The notes beneath the pieces are model-generated. The model worked only from the letters and a program-made list of their open reading frames with translations. It ran no database searches and was not told the DNA's origin. A stretch of DNA of 64,000 nt. It comes from Phoronis australis. Its lineage: Eukaryota > Animalia > Phoronida. The stretch lies in contig NMRA01000231.1 of assembly GCA_002633005.1 (NCBI GenBank), positions 510,122-574,121 of the forward strand, read 5' to 3'. The position numbers and the translations under genes are program-made. Every line of letters begins with the position of its first letter. Position 1 is the stretch's first letter. This document shows positions 12,398 to 26,530 of the stretch, one piece after another.

Positions 12398-14038
12398 AAG
12401 GGAACTGTATTTTATTCTGAACAAATTCTGGATAGTTTTCTATGAAGTGTTGATTAATTTCACAAATAATTCAACACCAAAAAGAAAACTTATATTCTCT
12501 AACGAAGCTTAAAAAAATTCCCGGCTTGGAGCGCTGCGTCTCGTGACGTATTTGGCGGGGACAAAGTCACTGTCCTGTGTTAGCGTGCAGCCAAGTTGCG
12601 TTTTTCATATTGTCGGAATAAGAAATTTTAGTGTGAAATGTCGGGTCACCAGGGATACCTGTTTGAGCTGAGGCAACACAAAGTGATATCCAGTCATCGT
12701 CATCGTCACACGAAAATTTGCCGGTGCAACCAGTCCTTACACTGGTGTGACTGTGCCGTGGGCAATGTGGACTCTAGCCAGCCAGTCAGCCAGCTGCCAG
12801 CCAATACTCAGCTCTCTAAACTTAAAGGGTTGGTAAGTTACCGACTATAGCTGTATGAAGACTATCGTACCACTGTGTGTTGAGCTCCGTTAACCTCGAA
12901 ATTTCAGAGAGCCGTTGACTACCCGGGTATAGTTGACTTTGAGTTATGCTCGTCACCTCGTCGTAAAACTTAGGCTACATCAGCATATAAAGCAAACGGC
13001 CCGGCGGAGGCGCATGCAAAATCAGGTAGTCAGCCGACACTCACATTGTTCGTTGCAGCCGTTTAAGTGGAAAACAATCAACTAAACGTCATCTGGTAGC
13101 ATAATTTGCCGCCTTTTGTAACATAGAAGTGTCGTCCGTTTCAAAAACAGCACGCTCGTGACACGGCGCACGCGCCATTTCCTAAAACTCGAAACGTCTT
13201 TCGGGACATTATGACAGCTTCGCAGCATCAAGATTGTTCTGAAAATCGGTTTGCTGGTATAAAAATACTAAAAACTTGTAACAAAATGAAACAAGTTCCG
13301 ATAGTTTGTTGTAAAATGTATGCAACCTAGGTACCGGCAGCGACGAACACTTAATAAAAAAATCGGGGGAAAAGAAACTGGTAATGGTCAGGTGACGTAA
13401 TCGCAAAAAGCCGACTCAAGAGAACACATCACAATTTTAGCAGCAACCGATGAACGGTAACTAACTTTTCCAACATCGGTAAACACTGAAATTAGTTTAC
13501 TCTAGGAACCTGGTTCCTAGGTTTACTCAAGGATGAGATTACTTTTAATGGCGTTAATTTTGAGTCAAATTTCATTTGTCCATTTTTACCCATATCGGCT
13601 CAAACCTCTAAGCCTATATTTAGTATGTAGCTATGGGCCAAGGCTTGGGTAACCCGACGATGGTATGCGATGACCATCCCTTTAGAAGACACCTTTTTCG
13701 AAGAGTTTGAGCAACCAGATGCCATACAAAAAGGCATAACGAACCTTTTACAGCACTGTGGCAAACAATAAAAAATAAAAAATACGGACGATTGATATAA
13801 TGATAAATTACGATGTAAATTCTTCAAAACATGACATAAGCAATGAATGTGTAAAACAGCCGATACCCCGCCATTCACGTCACTGACACATCAGCCAATC
13901 AGCGATCTCTTTCAGGATTCAGTGTTTTGACCATGAATACGAATCGGCTTTTTTTTGGCACGCAAGTCAGGCAAATGTGAGTTTTATTTGTATGTTAGAA
14001 CCGATTAACTGCAACATTATTTTAACTACAGTCCCCTT
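12398..14038 (-). mobile_element. Internally deleted Kolobok-like DNA transposon (copy 1)
   Basis: TTAA|AAGGGAACTGTA ... TACAGTCCCCTT|TTAA. THAP start MPFCMASGCSNSSKK..IAYHR on the minus strand (about 13738-13660). Convergent MSGHQGYLFE start at 12638 resembles the KolX YxFEP motif. Confidence 0.7.
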
Positions 14039-14864
14039 TTAATCAGTTCTTTGGGGCGTCATTTAACGTTTTTCGGCGTAAAATAGTTACTTGCGTCGCA
14101 AATCAACTTTTACCGACGCAAAGTATGTTTTAATTGCCTAAAGTAAAATAATTAATTAAAGCGCAAATTAAAGTTAGTTCAAGCCTCCCGAGCCCCCCCC
14201 CCCTCCTGGGTGTGCGCATGTCAATGTATAACAAGGAAACGAACTTTGGCCATTTTATTGATGGGGATGCTTGGCCAATAATGCAACACCGTTTTGCCAA
14301 ACTCACTAAAAATACCCAAGGGGGCTATTACGGTATGAAATAAAAATTAAACTTCTACAGACCTTCTACGTATACATAAAATTATCATGACATTAAACTT
14401 AGGAACATTTGCACTCTTTATTTTGCCTTAGTCGTCTTAGGATTGCTGTTTTACGAGCAAGGTAGACAAGCATAATTCACGAGCGTCATTTTACAGGCTT
14501 ACAACTTATAACGTCCAACTCTTTGGCTAAGGATATCCGCCATTAGTTTACGCGCGCAATTTACGGGTGTCATTTCGCCCTCTGCGGCTAACGGTACAAA
14601 ATTTATAACTGTGATTCAAAAAATGAAGTACTCTTTGCTGGGCCGAAACGGACGGTTCAAAAAGAAACTGGTGAGAGGCGAGCGTGGGTGCTATTTGACT
14701 TGACGATCAGTCAACGTCCTCGGAGCAATATTGACATTGGGCGTAAGATGTAATTGCCAAATAACACATTGTCGTACAGTAGACTATTAATAACAACCTT
14801 ACTACCAGAATAGATTCCATTGAAACATCGTTATTCAAAGCAAAACACGTTTACGGTATTCAAA

Positions 14865-15325
14865 CGGCTACTAGGTAATCGTCTGAAACCAATTGCCTGA
14901 CGTTCAGCATCACTGTACATGGCACAACAGTTAGATGCCAGACAATTTCAGTTGTGGAGTGCCACTGCCCGACAATTACCAAAAAGGGTTAAAAACTGAG
15001 CTTCATCAACCCAAGTGGTAACCTCTTAAAACCAGTTCTAAAATATTCACCGTTTGCCCAGGTATCACGAATAAACACTGCCTGACAAATCTAGTGGTGG
15101 GTTAACCTCGCCAGACACGCCCAAATACCTGAGTTGAGCTAGAACAACGCCACTAGGTAACCGTTTGAAACCAATTGCACGATGCTAGGCATCACTGCAC
15201 ATGGCACAATTGTAAGATGCCAGACAATTTCAGCGGTGGATTGTCCCTGCCAGACGATGAAAGAAAGGGTTAAAATTTGAAGTAAATCAACCCAAGAGGT
15301 ACCAGCATGAAACCACTGAGTTGCT
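14865..15325 (+). repeat. Tandemly repeated family with a unit of about 280 bp; continues at about 18015-18190, inverted copy at about 27140-27410
   Basis: ctaggtaa(t/c)cgt.tgaaaccaattgc...gccagacaatttcag recurs at about 14871 and 15153. gaataaacactgc..gaca..tc.agtggtgg recurs at about 15069 and 18030. Confidence 0.75.
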
Positions 15326-15425
15326 AAATATTACACGCAAGATCTCCATGATAGCAAATAACAGTATATATTAATGAACGGTTTTAAAACGTCTTGACAT
15401 GTTTTGGTGTTATTTATTTAAACAC

Positions 15426-16130
15426 AGTCACGTTTTCCCCCGTGTGTGGGTGGGCGAAGTTTGTTACAGACCGGTGCTAATAGCTTTCGGTGCGACGATA
15501 AACTGAAGACTGGTTCTAGTTAATCCTTTTATTGATCTCGACCGTGCGTTCACAAGCTTACGCAAACAAAATGTCCAACTTAAAGTCTGTTTTGTGCTTC
15601 AGGCAGTGCTGCGTAGCCTTGTCTTGTGATGAACTTCTGAGACACTTCCAGCAACTGTTACATTCGCTGATTTAAATAACTTGCTGTTTCTGTAGCTGAC
15701 TCTCTATTGACTGTCGCTGTAACTGCTGGTTCTTTTCACTGCAACTCCATTGTAGTTCGCTCAAGTAACTGTTCAACTGTTGACAGTTTTACCCCGTTTG
15801 CTGAGGTACTTAATTGCTTTTTCAGTTCTGACTAGCACAAATCATTGCTTAAGTGTTTATAGAATAATGCATCGTTCTAGAACGTTTCACCAATTCAAGT
15901 ACATTCTAGAGCTTTCCAGAATCTTCCCAATCATTCTACAAACATATACTAGTCTGTAGAATAGAATAATACAGAATGCATTACTCACTGTCATGCTAAA
16001 GTCTTCTAGAAAGTTCAACAATATTCTGCAATAAACACATTACATCATCAATGAAATGAACTCAGGGGTCAAGCCAATCGAACAAAACAAAACAATACAA
16101 CCAAAAACAGTGTCAGTCTATATTCTGACA
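15426..16130 (-). mobile_element. Solo LTR (copy 1)
   Basis: (A)GTCA...TGACA ends with a perfect 5-bp TSD, AACAC (15421-25 and 16131-35). Collinear with 60052-60827. AATAAA on the minus strand at 15528-33. Confidence 0.88.
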
Positions 16131-16344
16131 AACACCATCATCAGAAGAGAGAATATCGTGGCCACATATCTGTGGTTCTACGGTCCAGAGTAGTTTACAT
16201 ATTTATCTGTGCTGGATGGGCTCCAGGAACATAGGCGAGAATGTTCGCCATTTGAAAACTAGGACCAGGGAACATCAGTTGGTGCAATTGAAGCCCAATC
16301 TCAATAGGTAACTGGCACACCGACGGTTGTCATTGTTGGTATAC

Positions 16345-17849
16345 TTTATTACTCTGCACGTGCAAGCCCAGAGTACTGTTGTTCCTCGGTTTTCTTCAAT
16401 TTTATTCTTATACTTATTCTTCTTCCGACCAACTTTGACACTTAATAACTCCAAAATGGTTGTAGGTATGCTTATTAAATTTTACATGTGATTTAAGGCA
16501 GTACATAAATTTTAAGTCATTATATAATCATATTCCATAATGCACCGGAAGAGGTCATTTGGTGCAAAGGTCATGTAGTTTTCAAAATGCTACTACTTCT
16601 TTATTTTTAAAGCTATTCTTTTCAAATTTGGTGCCCAGGTATAAATCAACGAGAGAATTTAAAAATTACTTTTCTAAGTAAGAGGGTCATTCTATCAGGT
16701 TAAACAGGTCAAAGGTCATTAGGTGCAAACTAAGATTTTGTGCTAGACACTTCAAATTCACATGTCTGATTGGCATACCTGTAGGTAATTCAATTCGAAA
16801 TCCAAAGTTTCAGGTCATTTAGTGCAAGCAGTGGGGTCATTAGGTGCATTTAGAAAACTGTTATTCCCAGCATTTAACACACTATACACGAAATACGGTG
16901 AACACGTATAGGTCAAGAAAAGAAATTAAAAAGTCACTTTTCTGAAAAATCGAATCTTCCAATCAGGCTAAAGGGGTCAAAGGTCATTAAGTGTAAGCAA
17001 AAATTTTGAGCTAAACACTTCAAATTCACACGTCTTCTTGGTGCATAGACTTCAGATCGAAATCTAAAGTTTCAGGTCATTAGGAGCAACCATGGGGTCA
17101 TTAGGTGCATTTTTCGTCTGACCATTTGACATTTTCATTCACCAATTATTTTGATGTGTCAACAGTTAGACAACTGTCATTCTCAGCATTAAACACACTT
17201 AGCAAATGCTTTGCAGTAATTCTCCTAAAGATTCATATAACGCACCGGAAAGGGTCAATTAGTGCAAAGGTCATCTTACGTTCAAATGTTATATCTCCTA
17301 CATTTTTCAAGGGAATCTTTTCACTTTCAGCACCCTGATGTAAACCAACATGCCAATCGAACACCATACTTTACTACGCAATAGGCCTAACCAATCAGAA
17401 AAAAATAGGTCAAAGGTCATTGAGTGCAAACTAAAGTTTTGAGCTAAAGACTTCAAAATTATATAACTGTTTAATAAACGCAATTGAGTTTGAGTTCTAA
17501 GTTTTAAGGTCATTTGGTCCATCCATGGGTCATTAGGTGCATTTTACTTCTGAACGTTTGACCAATTCATTCATCTTGTATTCTGAAGTGCTTAAACTAA
17601 AACATCTGTGATTTTTAGCATTAACTACACTTTTATTTGAGTTAACAATTATTCCCTCATCGAGGCTCATAATGCACCAGAAGAGGTCAATTAGTGGAAA
17701 GGTCATCGAAATATTAATATGTAATTTCTCCTACAATTCTAAAGAATTCCTGTTCATATTGGTAAACGGGTTGCTGTCAGTAACTTCCCATAATAATTCC
17801 AGCAATACACACGTCCTTTATTGTCACGCCGTGACAATAATCTTTCTAG
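16345..17849 (+). mobile_element. Helentron-associated non-autonomous element (HINE/DINE-1-like Helitron)
   Basis: 5' CTCTGCACGTG..CAGAG subTIR/hairpin, a (TTATTC)n microsatellite and internal GGTCATT repeats. 3' perfect hairpin TTATTGTCACG-C-CGTGACAATAA followed by CTAG|T. Confidence 0.8.
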
Positions 17850-19352
17850 TTGAGATTCCCTGTACCCGTGTCTGTGTTTCATCACTTGTTGTTGGGCCTA
17901 GCTACATGTACGTGGACACTCTATTCTCTCTTCGTTTGATGATGGCGTTTAAATAAATGACACTGAATCATGTCAAGACGTTTTAAAACCATTGTTGTTT
18001 TTATTAATTCTACGTAAGCCCATGGGTCATGAATAAACACTGCGAGACAGGTCCAGTGGTGGATTAGCCCCGCCACACACAATCTGAGTTCGGCCAGTTT
18101 TAAACGTCAGGTAACCGTTTGAAATAATCTGCACAATTTCGAGCAACATTCTGCATGCAACAAAAGGTACTTCACAGACATTTTCAGCGGTAGGGCTGTA
18201 GCATGCAAAGGTTTGGTTGATCCAGTGGCGACTTTTTATTGGACGCTCCTATCTCTCTACTCCAATGCATATAACCTACTCAGACATGTAGCCAGCATAG
18301 ATCGAGGGTGGTTGCAAACGTAGAGTTTCCGCAAGGCCTTTGACTCAGCTTAAATAGGGGGAATGGACATTTTTATACACGATGACTCACAGCTCTATCT
18401 CCATGAGATGAGACAGAATTTGTAATACCAAAAGCCAGGATAATGCGATTGTTGCCTGCAAGGCACGGAGACAAATAAGGATGTAATGCTGTCCAGAAAG
18501 AGAACATTCTCGCATTATCTCCTACCGAAGTTTCAAATCAGCCATGCTTAGATGAGTGATTACACCTCAATGCAACCTCACTCGGAGTTTAGTTGGCGAA
18601 TCATTAGACAAAATTGTTTATCTGGTTGTATTTTAGGGCGCAACTTAAGTTGCTTACATCGCAGGCAATCTGAACAGCCCACCATTTCGAAGGTTTACTG
18701 GTTTACTACTGGGAAGGTTCACTATTTCGAAGATTCACTACTCCAAAGATTCACAGCTCCAAAAATATCTAAACTTTCCAACTCATGTGACATTTTAAAA
18801 CTTTTACATGCAAAATAAACGATATTTACGATTATTAGATGCACCTGTACCGAAAACAATGCCCGGGCACAAAAACACTTTGTTTGGACTTCATGTCGAC
18901 AGTTACCACGGTTTCCAGTTGGCCAGCACAACTAGAAACGGCAGTCAGTTTTCATGTGTATGCGAAATTCTCAGCATGTCTTAAAATGGGTAGGCACTAG
19001 CATTTTAAAAGGATATGAAGTAGGAATACTGATGAATCATCAACCATGACACAATGCATCAAATCCTTGTCAAGATTGCATCGCAGCACGAAGCATACGA
19101 CCGGGTCGAAGTTAGTAGGCCAGCCTGGCCAGTCCTCATGAAGTCAGGCAGTGCCATTTAATCTTCCTAAATTTGACCCGTGCCCCAGATGATATCTCTG
19201 CTTGAGAATGACTCGTGTTCACACAGTCTGAGTGAACTGCCGGAGTTCTGGGCACACTCTCGAATCTTTTTATTCGAAATGGAACTTGTAATTAAGTTTG
19301 GAAATTTTTAATCTACTTTTGGGCGAACTCAAGATACACATGAAAGTGTCTA

Positions 19353-20576
19353 TAATTACTCTGCGCGTGTAAGCGCAGAGTGCTGTTGTTCCTGGGTTTT
19401 CTTCAATTTTATTCTTATTCTTATTCTTCTTATTCTTCTTCCGACCAACTTTGAGGCTTAATAACTCCAAATTGGGTGCAGGTACGGTCTTTAAATTCAG
19501 CATATGACTTTTGACAGTATATAAATTTCGATTGGTAATCATATTCCATATTGCACCGGAAGAGGTCGTTTGGTGCAAAGGTCATATAATTTTCAAAATG
19601 CTACTCCTCCTTCAGTTTTAAAGCTATCTTTTTCAAATTCGGTGCACAGGTATAAGTCAACATGACAATTTAAAAAAATACTTTTCTAAGTAATCGGGTC
19701 ATCCAATCAGGTGAAATAGGTCATTAGGTGCAAACTAAAATTTTGAGCTTGACACTCCAAATTGACAGGTCTGATTGCCACAGGTAAATCAAATCGGAAT
19801 CCAAAGTTTCAGGTCATTTAGTGCAAACATGGGGTCATTAGGTGCACTTTTCTTCTGAAAATTTGACCTTTTCAATCAACAAGTATTCTGATGTGTCAAC
19901 CGTTAGACAACTGTGATTCTCAGCGTTAAACACATTTTCCAGGGGCTTTGCAATGATTCTCCAAAAGATGCTTAAAATGCACCGGATAAGGTCAATTAGT
20001 GCAAAGTTCACGTAACGTTCAAAATGTTATATCTCTTACGTTTTTCAATGAATTCTTTTCAATTTCAGCACACTGGTGTAAGTCAACATGCCAATTGAAT
20101 ACCCTACTTTACTTTGCAATAGGCCTAACCAATCAGAAAAAAATAGGTCAAAGGTCATTGAGTGCAAACAAAAATTTTGAGCTAGAGACTTCAGAATTAC
20201 GTATCTCTTTGAATTCTAAATTTTCAGGTCATTTGGTGCACCCATGGGGTCATTAGGTGCATTTTTCTTCTGAAAGTTTGACCACTTCATTCATCTTGTA
20301 TTCTGAAGTGCTTAAAGTAAAACATCTGTGATTATTAGCATTAACCACACTTTTAATCGAGTTAACAATTACTCCCTCATCGGGGCTCATAATGCACCGG
20401 AAGAGGTCAATTAGTGGAAAGGCCATCAAAAAATTAATAGGTAATTTCTCCGACAATTTTAAAGAATTCGTTTTCATATTGGTAAACGGGATGCTGTCAA
20501 TAACTTCCCATAATAATTCCAGTAATACGCACGCGCAGAGTCCGTTATTGTCACGCCGTGGCAATAATCTTTCTAG
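19353..20576 (+). mobile_element. Second HINE copy of the same family
   Basis: Collinear with 16345-17849. The 5' subTIR CTCTGCGCGTG pairs with 3' CACGCGCAGAG. Same hairpin and CTAG|T end. Confidence 0.8.
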
Positions 20577-23500
20577 TTCTATTCTCGAGTACATGATGAC
20601 TCAAGTGAATGATTTATTAGTCCTATTTTGCAGTTGATAAATCCAACATTAAAACTAAGACTTCGAGTTAGAACTCAAAATTTCGAGTTTCTGCACGAGT
20701 TTGTAGTACGAATATAAGGGTCTTTAAGTGCAAACTTGGACAAAAAAACTCATTTGCATTATTTATAATTATTCAAGCACAGTTTGATAACCACTTATCT
20801 TGAGTTACCACAAAAGGAGCAGAGAAATTGCCAAAAATAATTTCGAGTTCGTTTCTAGTACAAAGATTAGACGGGACCTGGTTTTGGAACAGTGGAAATT
20901 CAAAGTAGTGAACTTTAGAACGTAACGAATATGCGGAGTACTTGACCTTCAGAGTATTGAACCTTCGTCAGAGTAACAGGGAACCTTGGAAATCAAGTTT
21001 GTAGCTCGTATGAAGTCTGTAGGGTTGTTCGCCATTAACACTGATTGACTAGAGAAGATTTTCATTTACCAAAGTTGATGTCTAGGCCTATTTTTCTAGC
21101 ATAACATGAAAATGCTCACCAGGACATTCTCAGTGTAAGAAAAAACGGTAGTTGAATGTGTGTTTTTTGAGCACGACTTAGGACTCCCAATAATGAATGA
21201 AACTCAGCATGTACTGAATTTAAAAGAACAGAAACGCTAACACGTGTACACGCCTGCGTATCAATTTACCAATCCACAATCAACACAGGGTGAATAACAT
21301 ATCTGCTTATTTGACGATCATTTTCAATGGAGCTATTTGGAAAATTTACATTAACTAGAGGGTGCGCGTGTACTAGTGGCAGCCTTGATTTCGAGAGCCC
21401 TTTAAATACATGGTGAAATGGCTTGCAGCCTTGCCAACTGAATCTATTACGTGAAAAGGGTGCTTCTATGAGGGGAAGTAAGCACGACTTTATACTAAGA
21501 TAAGGTTTGTGATTATTTTAAAGATTATTCCATGTTTATTCTACTGATGGCTGTTAACTGAGGTACTCGCCGATGTCCACATCGCGGCAGTTACCAGTCG
21601 GGTTAATCTGTCTTTGTTGTGATATGTGTTACGATACTTGACGAAGCACTAGGGACCTTTTCGTACATCAAAACAGTTTACCTAATGTTTGGAATGATTT
21701 CTAACAGGTTTATCAGTGACAGTTACATCAATCAATGTTGGATGTTTATGCTGTCAACTCGATATTGGTTAGTGGGTTAAGGTTACAATCCAAGTCCAAT
21801 GGCAAAGGGTACGTTACAAATATCAGTTAGACTACTTGTTTACTCCGTATTCTATGTCTTCTGGAAATTTATTACACGTTGAAATGGAAATCTATCGTGT
21901 CTGTTTTCACAGGACCTTTGGTTTTTATGTTTGAGGGATTGTGCCGTGCAGAGGAGATATGCATCGCTTCTCCACCATCCCATGTTGAATGGACAAAAAT
22001 TGGTTTTATGCAGTTGACTGTAGCCCTAACCAGCAAGATGGTCCCATCCAGTGCAGATCTGTTGTCAAAACCTACTTTCTTTATCGGAGACAACGAACAA
22101 AGCTTTTGAAAAGGGACAGCTGTTTTTTGAAGAAAATAATGCACGTCTAGTTAACATACCTATTCAGGTCCATAGCGAGAGGGGGGGGGGATAGGCAGAG
22201 GGGGCTGTAAAATTTGGTGCAACTGAATGAGTGGAAATAACAGGTACATTTTCTGAATTCTCACTGACTGAATAGTCTTAACTCACGCCTTGAAATGTTG
22301 CTAGTCGTTTGCCAATTCAAATGACTGCTATTTTTTGAAAACTGAATTTTTGATGACGCCGTACCATTTGTAATTACTCTTAAATAAGATAAAGATTATT
22401 CATCATTTTTAAATGACCCAAGTCTTCATATCTTCAATAAGAAGAAAAATAGAAAGTCTGAGAAACGGTTCCCTCAGCCATAGACCAGAAGTTTGCTTCA
22501 CAGACCTATGAATCTGTAATCGGAGTTTAAAATTGCTGAAAGTATCAAAAATAAAAAAGGCTTGAAAATGGGTAACAAAGGTTTGAAGTTGTCTCAAAAT
22601 ACTTGCATATTTTGCAGACAAGTGATACATTCAAAGAATTTGTATGGCTACGAATGAAAAAATAAAGACGCAATTTCATACAATACTTATTATATACACC
22701 CTTGAATTCTGGAAATAGTAATCATTTAATTTTGTGTGAAATTGTAGGGGAGTCGCTATATCATATTTTTGAAAAACAGGGGTAGCATTTTTGACACAAC
22801 CTGGAGTACTTAAATATTCATGTTTCAATATTTGTTCCAAGTTCAGTAACTGTTAAAACCACATCATAGGCAAGTTTTGTTACTCCCTTCTCTTCCCACA
22901 TCATTTCCACGCACCAGCAATGCTGCATGCCACAATGTACAGGTGAGTGGCACTGGAGAAATGTGAATAGCAGTATTAAGATACTATAAGATAATGTGTC
23001 AGTAGAAGTATATCTGACTCCTACACAAGTCAGCCTCGTTAGTGAGAATGCCTTTTCATAGGCAATTAGTCATGGACAATAGCTTTTTTCCTTTCCTGGA
23101 AAAAACATGAGGGATTGAAGCTAAGGAAGACCTAGTGACACTCTGGTCTAGTTCAGGGTAAGATATTGGGCAAAAAACGAGTCAAGTGATATGCTGGTGT
23201 GTGAAGAAACTGGGCTTTTTTACATGCGCTTCTATAGGCCATTGAAACTAGATCCCAGTGACACGAAAATCAAAAGCATCTGGTATAAATACCTGTCCTT
23301 TCTCACTGAGTGACATTAACTTTTCCTTGTAGAACAGTTAATGTTACACTTTGACGATGGAATAATTTTTTTTCATCAACAGGCAAGTTTGTCTCTAATT
23401 ATTGAAACCACAATAATTCTTTTGTTTTAAAGCCCCATACAGTGCAGTTGTGCTTATTCTTTATAAAGCTGGAATGGATACTGATTACGCTTGCGAATTG

Positions 23501-25084
23501 TCAATTTCCTGTTGACCTATAGAAATGTGCAGCGATCAAAATGAAGTATTCCCTTTGTTTGCTTTCGATTTGTTTGTTTGTAATTAATTTTAGAGCTTTC
23601 TTAAGAAGGTCTTTGCACAATTTAAAGTTATGTGTTAACTTGTATACAAGTCAACAAAAGTTCCGCAAGAATAGTATATTTTCAATTGTAGCTAGCTGGA
23701 TAAGAATCTGCTATGCACAAAATTTGAGAATAAACAATTATCAGTATATTTAAAAACGAAATGGTAAACGGAACAACCACATGATAAAACACTTGTAATT
23801 TTCACAATGCAGCTTTGTCCATAATCAGGCATATCAAGGGCTGACTTTCTGAAATAGGTTGAATTCTCTCAGGTTATTGGTGAAAGATTGCATTTCACTT
23901 TGTCAAAAGGTAAAATAGACGGTCAGGCGGCTGGTTTCAGCCGTTTCATCTCCCCTGTAACAGAATAGTCATCTCTTATATTGGGCTCTTACCCACCCAG
24001 GACAATATGTGTACATATGTGCTGCTAGCTTCATACCATCCGGGTCCCGGGTGAGTTACCAAAAAGAAACACTTAGCTCCACTGAATAAACCCGTGGTTC
24101 AGTGGGTTAACTGGTGGGATAACTTCACCGAACGGTGTCGACAGAAACTGATTGCTAAAACTTACCAAGCCACGTTATGTAGTCTCTCTACGCCTATGGA
24201 AATGCATAGAGCACACACGGGTCGTGAGGCTTCGGCAATCAAAAACTTTTTGTCACTTGGTTGACCCATTTGACCGCAATTCTCCACGTCTGAAGTAACC
24301 TTAGGTCTTTTGGGAGTTTGTGACCAGCAGTCGAAGACTTGCACCAGGGAAAATCACAATAAGGCTTAGCGAGAAAACGTATTTTGAAAACAATTCTGTG
24401 TTTTTACCAGATGTTTACATGAAGACAGCTAAGCATGCGCAATTCAATCACCACTAGTCAAGAAGAATTCTCCGAATAGACTTTTATGGTTACGTGTAGG
24501 TATAGATATTCACTTCTGGACTCACTTGTTAACCTTTGGTATGGACATCATTCGCGTGGTATATGCATGACATAAAGCCCCATATCGTATGCATGATCAT
24601 GCCATCTACACAAACAGCGGCAATCAGACGAAGTTGGTTAAGTAGGCGCGATGCCTCGTGAAGCGCCTTGAGTTGGAAGCAAATTTAAAATGATCACTAA
24701 CTTAGTTATCATTGTAGTCGGTAACACCAGTATCTGCAATACTTTTGGTGTTGTTGTCCATTTATACCCTATCTTTAAGGAATATGCTGGCTACGGGCCT
24801 GTACACTTAAGAATAAAAGTAAAACTAAAACTAAAAGCAAAATAGGTGAAACATGAACTAGAATCTTGATATTATTCAGCTGCAAACCAGTCAATATTTC
24901 CAAAAAGATTATACATACATGTATTGGTTGGATAACCCCTCCCCCAATGTGGATGCCCAGGGCTGTAGCTACAATAACTGATTACCATGTACAAAATATA
25001 TGAATAATCAATTTGAACGTAACAGCTTATTATCTAAAATGACTTACTCTTATTAGAATGACATTGAATTCGGGGCGTCAAAAG

Positions 25085-25325
25085 CGGTTTTTACTATTTT
25101 AATATCGGAAGCCCCGCCGAAAGGTATCACCTATGTTAATATAGAGGGTCCCGCCAAAACGCCGCCGGAGAGCGGGGGTTCCGCTCTCAAGCGGCCTTTG
25201 GCGAGGCCCCTACAATATTATACTGTAGGGGCCTGGCCAAAAAGCTGTCGAAAATCGGTTCCTCTGTATTAATATAGGGGTCTCACCGGAGGGTGGCCGG
25301 AGAGCAGGGACTACTATAATAATGT
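25085..25325. repeat. Degenerate GC-rich minisatellite-like array
   Basis: Recurring aatata(g/t)agggg.c...gcc..(a/g)gag units. Confidence 0.5.
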
Positions 25326-25724
25326 AGGGCTACTACTTAAAATGAGACTAAGAAAGCAACTCGGATTTGGTTAACACTACAGAAAGTCACAACTATATAG
25401 TTGTCGATTAATTTAAAAGCAATCAATATCAATTCCTCCCATTGTTTTAGTAGGCTAATTTACCTAAATATTTGGCGAATTTTTGTTTATTGTTCTGCCA
25501 TCAATTGAAATTTCACCAAGTATTTTGCTGTGACATCAAGTTTTTTTGTTCGCACTCTACATGCAGGTTGCACTATTCCTGCAATTAGCACAAAATTCAC
25601 CCACAACTTGTAGTCCCCGAAGTGCTGGAAGTCTCTTGTCGTTCATCACGATCAGATTCCAGATGGAGTTGCGTTGGCTATTTTGTTTTCGAAGTCAGAT
25701 TCAAATGCTCATAGAGGCTGCATT

Positions 25725-25915
25725 GTTATGCGCCCACATATTTATATGTGGGTGCATATTGCCGTCATCTCTGCCTGGGCGTCCGGCGCCCGCAGCTGTA
25801 TATCCTGAACCCCTCAAAGTTTCTCGATGAAATTTGGCAAATGGGTATACATGGAAATAGCGACAGAAGACAACCAATTTTGGACGAATCCGACAACCGG
25901 TGTGCCACCTAGTGG
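25725..25915 (+). mobile_element. 5' fragment of a second HINE-like family (same family as 47870-49010)
   Basis: ttatgcgcccacatatttatatgtgggtgcata..gccgtcatctc matches the reverse complement of about 48962-49008. Confidence 0.65.
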
Positions 25916-25924
25916 CTATTTATT

Positions 25925-26530
25925 CTTTTACATTCAGCTCTCTTACTTTAAAGGTCGTCAACGGATTTTTGTATGTTTCTGTTTCTGTGGTGACGTCAGA
26001 GGGTAGGCACCGGAATAGTGTCTGGCCCTCCTCCTTCCAGTATTGCATGCAATGTAAATTTGGAGATGCTACCAAGTTCGTGCTGATTACACAATCTTCG
26101 ATCTATTCCCCTGATACGAGTTTTTGCTGCATCTCCGTATTGCCATCCTCGCCCTATGAGACGCTTTGTTGCCCATCTCTACTGCTGTTTTACAATCTCG
26201 GCATCTGTAAGCGATTCAAGCACTCTGGAGATTACATCTGCTGGTGAGAGGAGCAGGTCGGCAATTGGTTCTGCGATGCCTGCAAGCTCATCCGCCTTGA
26301 CGTTGAATGAGATGCCACAGTGTCCTGGTATATAAACACTGGTGAAGAGACCAGTAATAGAGCTGAACAGAGAGATCCAGGAATCTTTCACATGACTTTA
26401 GCCTGCTTATGAGGCTCAGCGAGTCTGTAAGTAGAAATGATCTGTCTGCAGGTATTGTGTTCTGTGAGAGCCAGACTAGGGCGTCTTCATATGCTTCACA
26501 TTCAGCTCTAAAAGACGAGGATTTAGCCAC
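25925..26530 (-). mobile_element. 3' fragment of an RNase H-bearing non-LTR retrotransposon (I group/Ingi-like)
   Basis: SSFRAECEA..ALVWL, FLLTDSLSLI and VYIPGHCGISFNVKADELA are RNase H motifs of I-group LINEs. Frameshifted. Confidence 0.75.

Larger units (their letters stand above)
15377..17993. mobile_element. Non-autonomous TIR element with inverted ends of about 80 bp, hosting a solo LTR and a HINE
   Basis: Left ggttttaaaacgtcttgacatg..tatttatttaaacac[LTR]catcatcagaagagagaat matches the reverse complement of about 17910-17990. Confidence 0.75.

Noticed and set aside
18200-18800. Possible CR1/L2 RT remnant (FRKAFDS near 18325)
   Set aside because: A single short motif with no other supporting frames; too decayed to call.
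21872-22144. Overlapping ORFs with possible splice acceptors on both strands
   Set aside because: No recognisable motif and no in-frame donor before the stop. Exons C and D already join cleanly without it.
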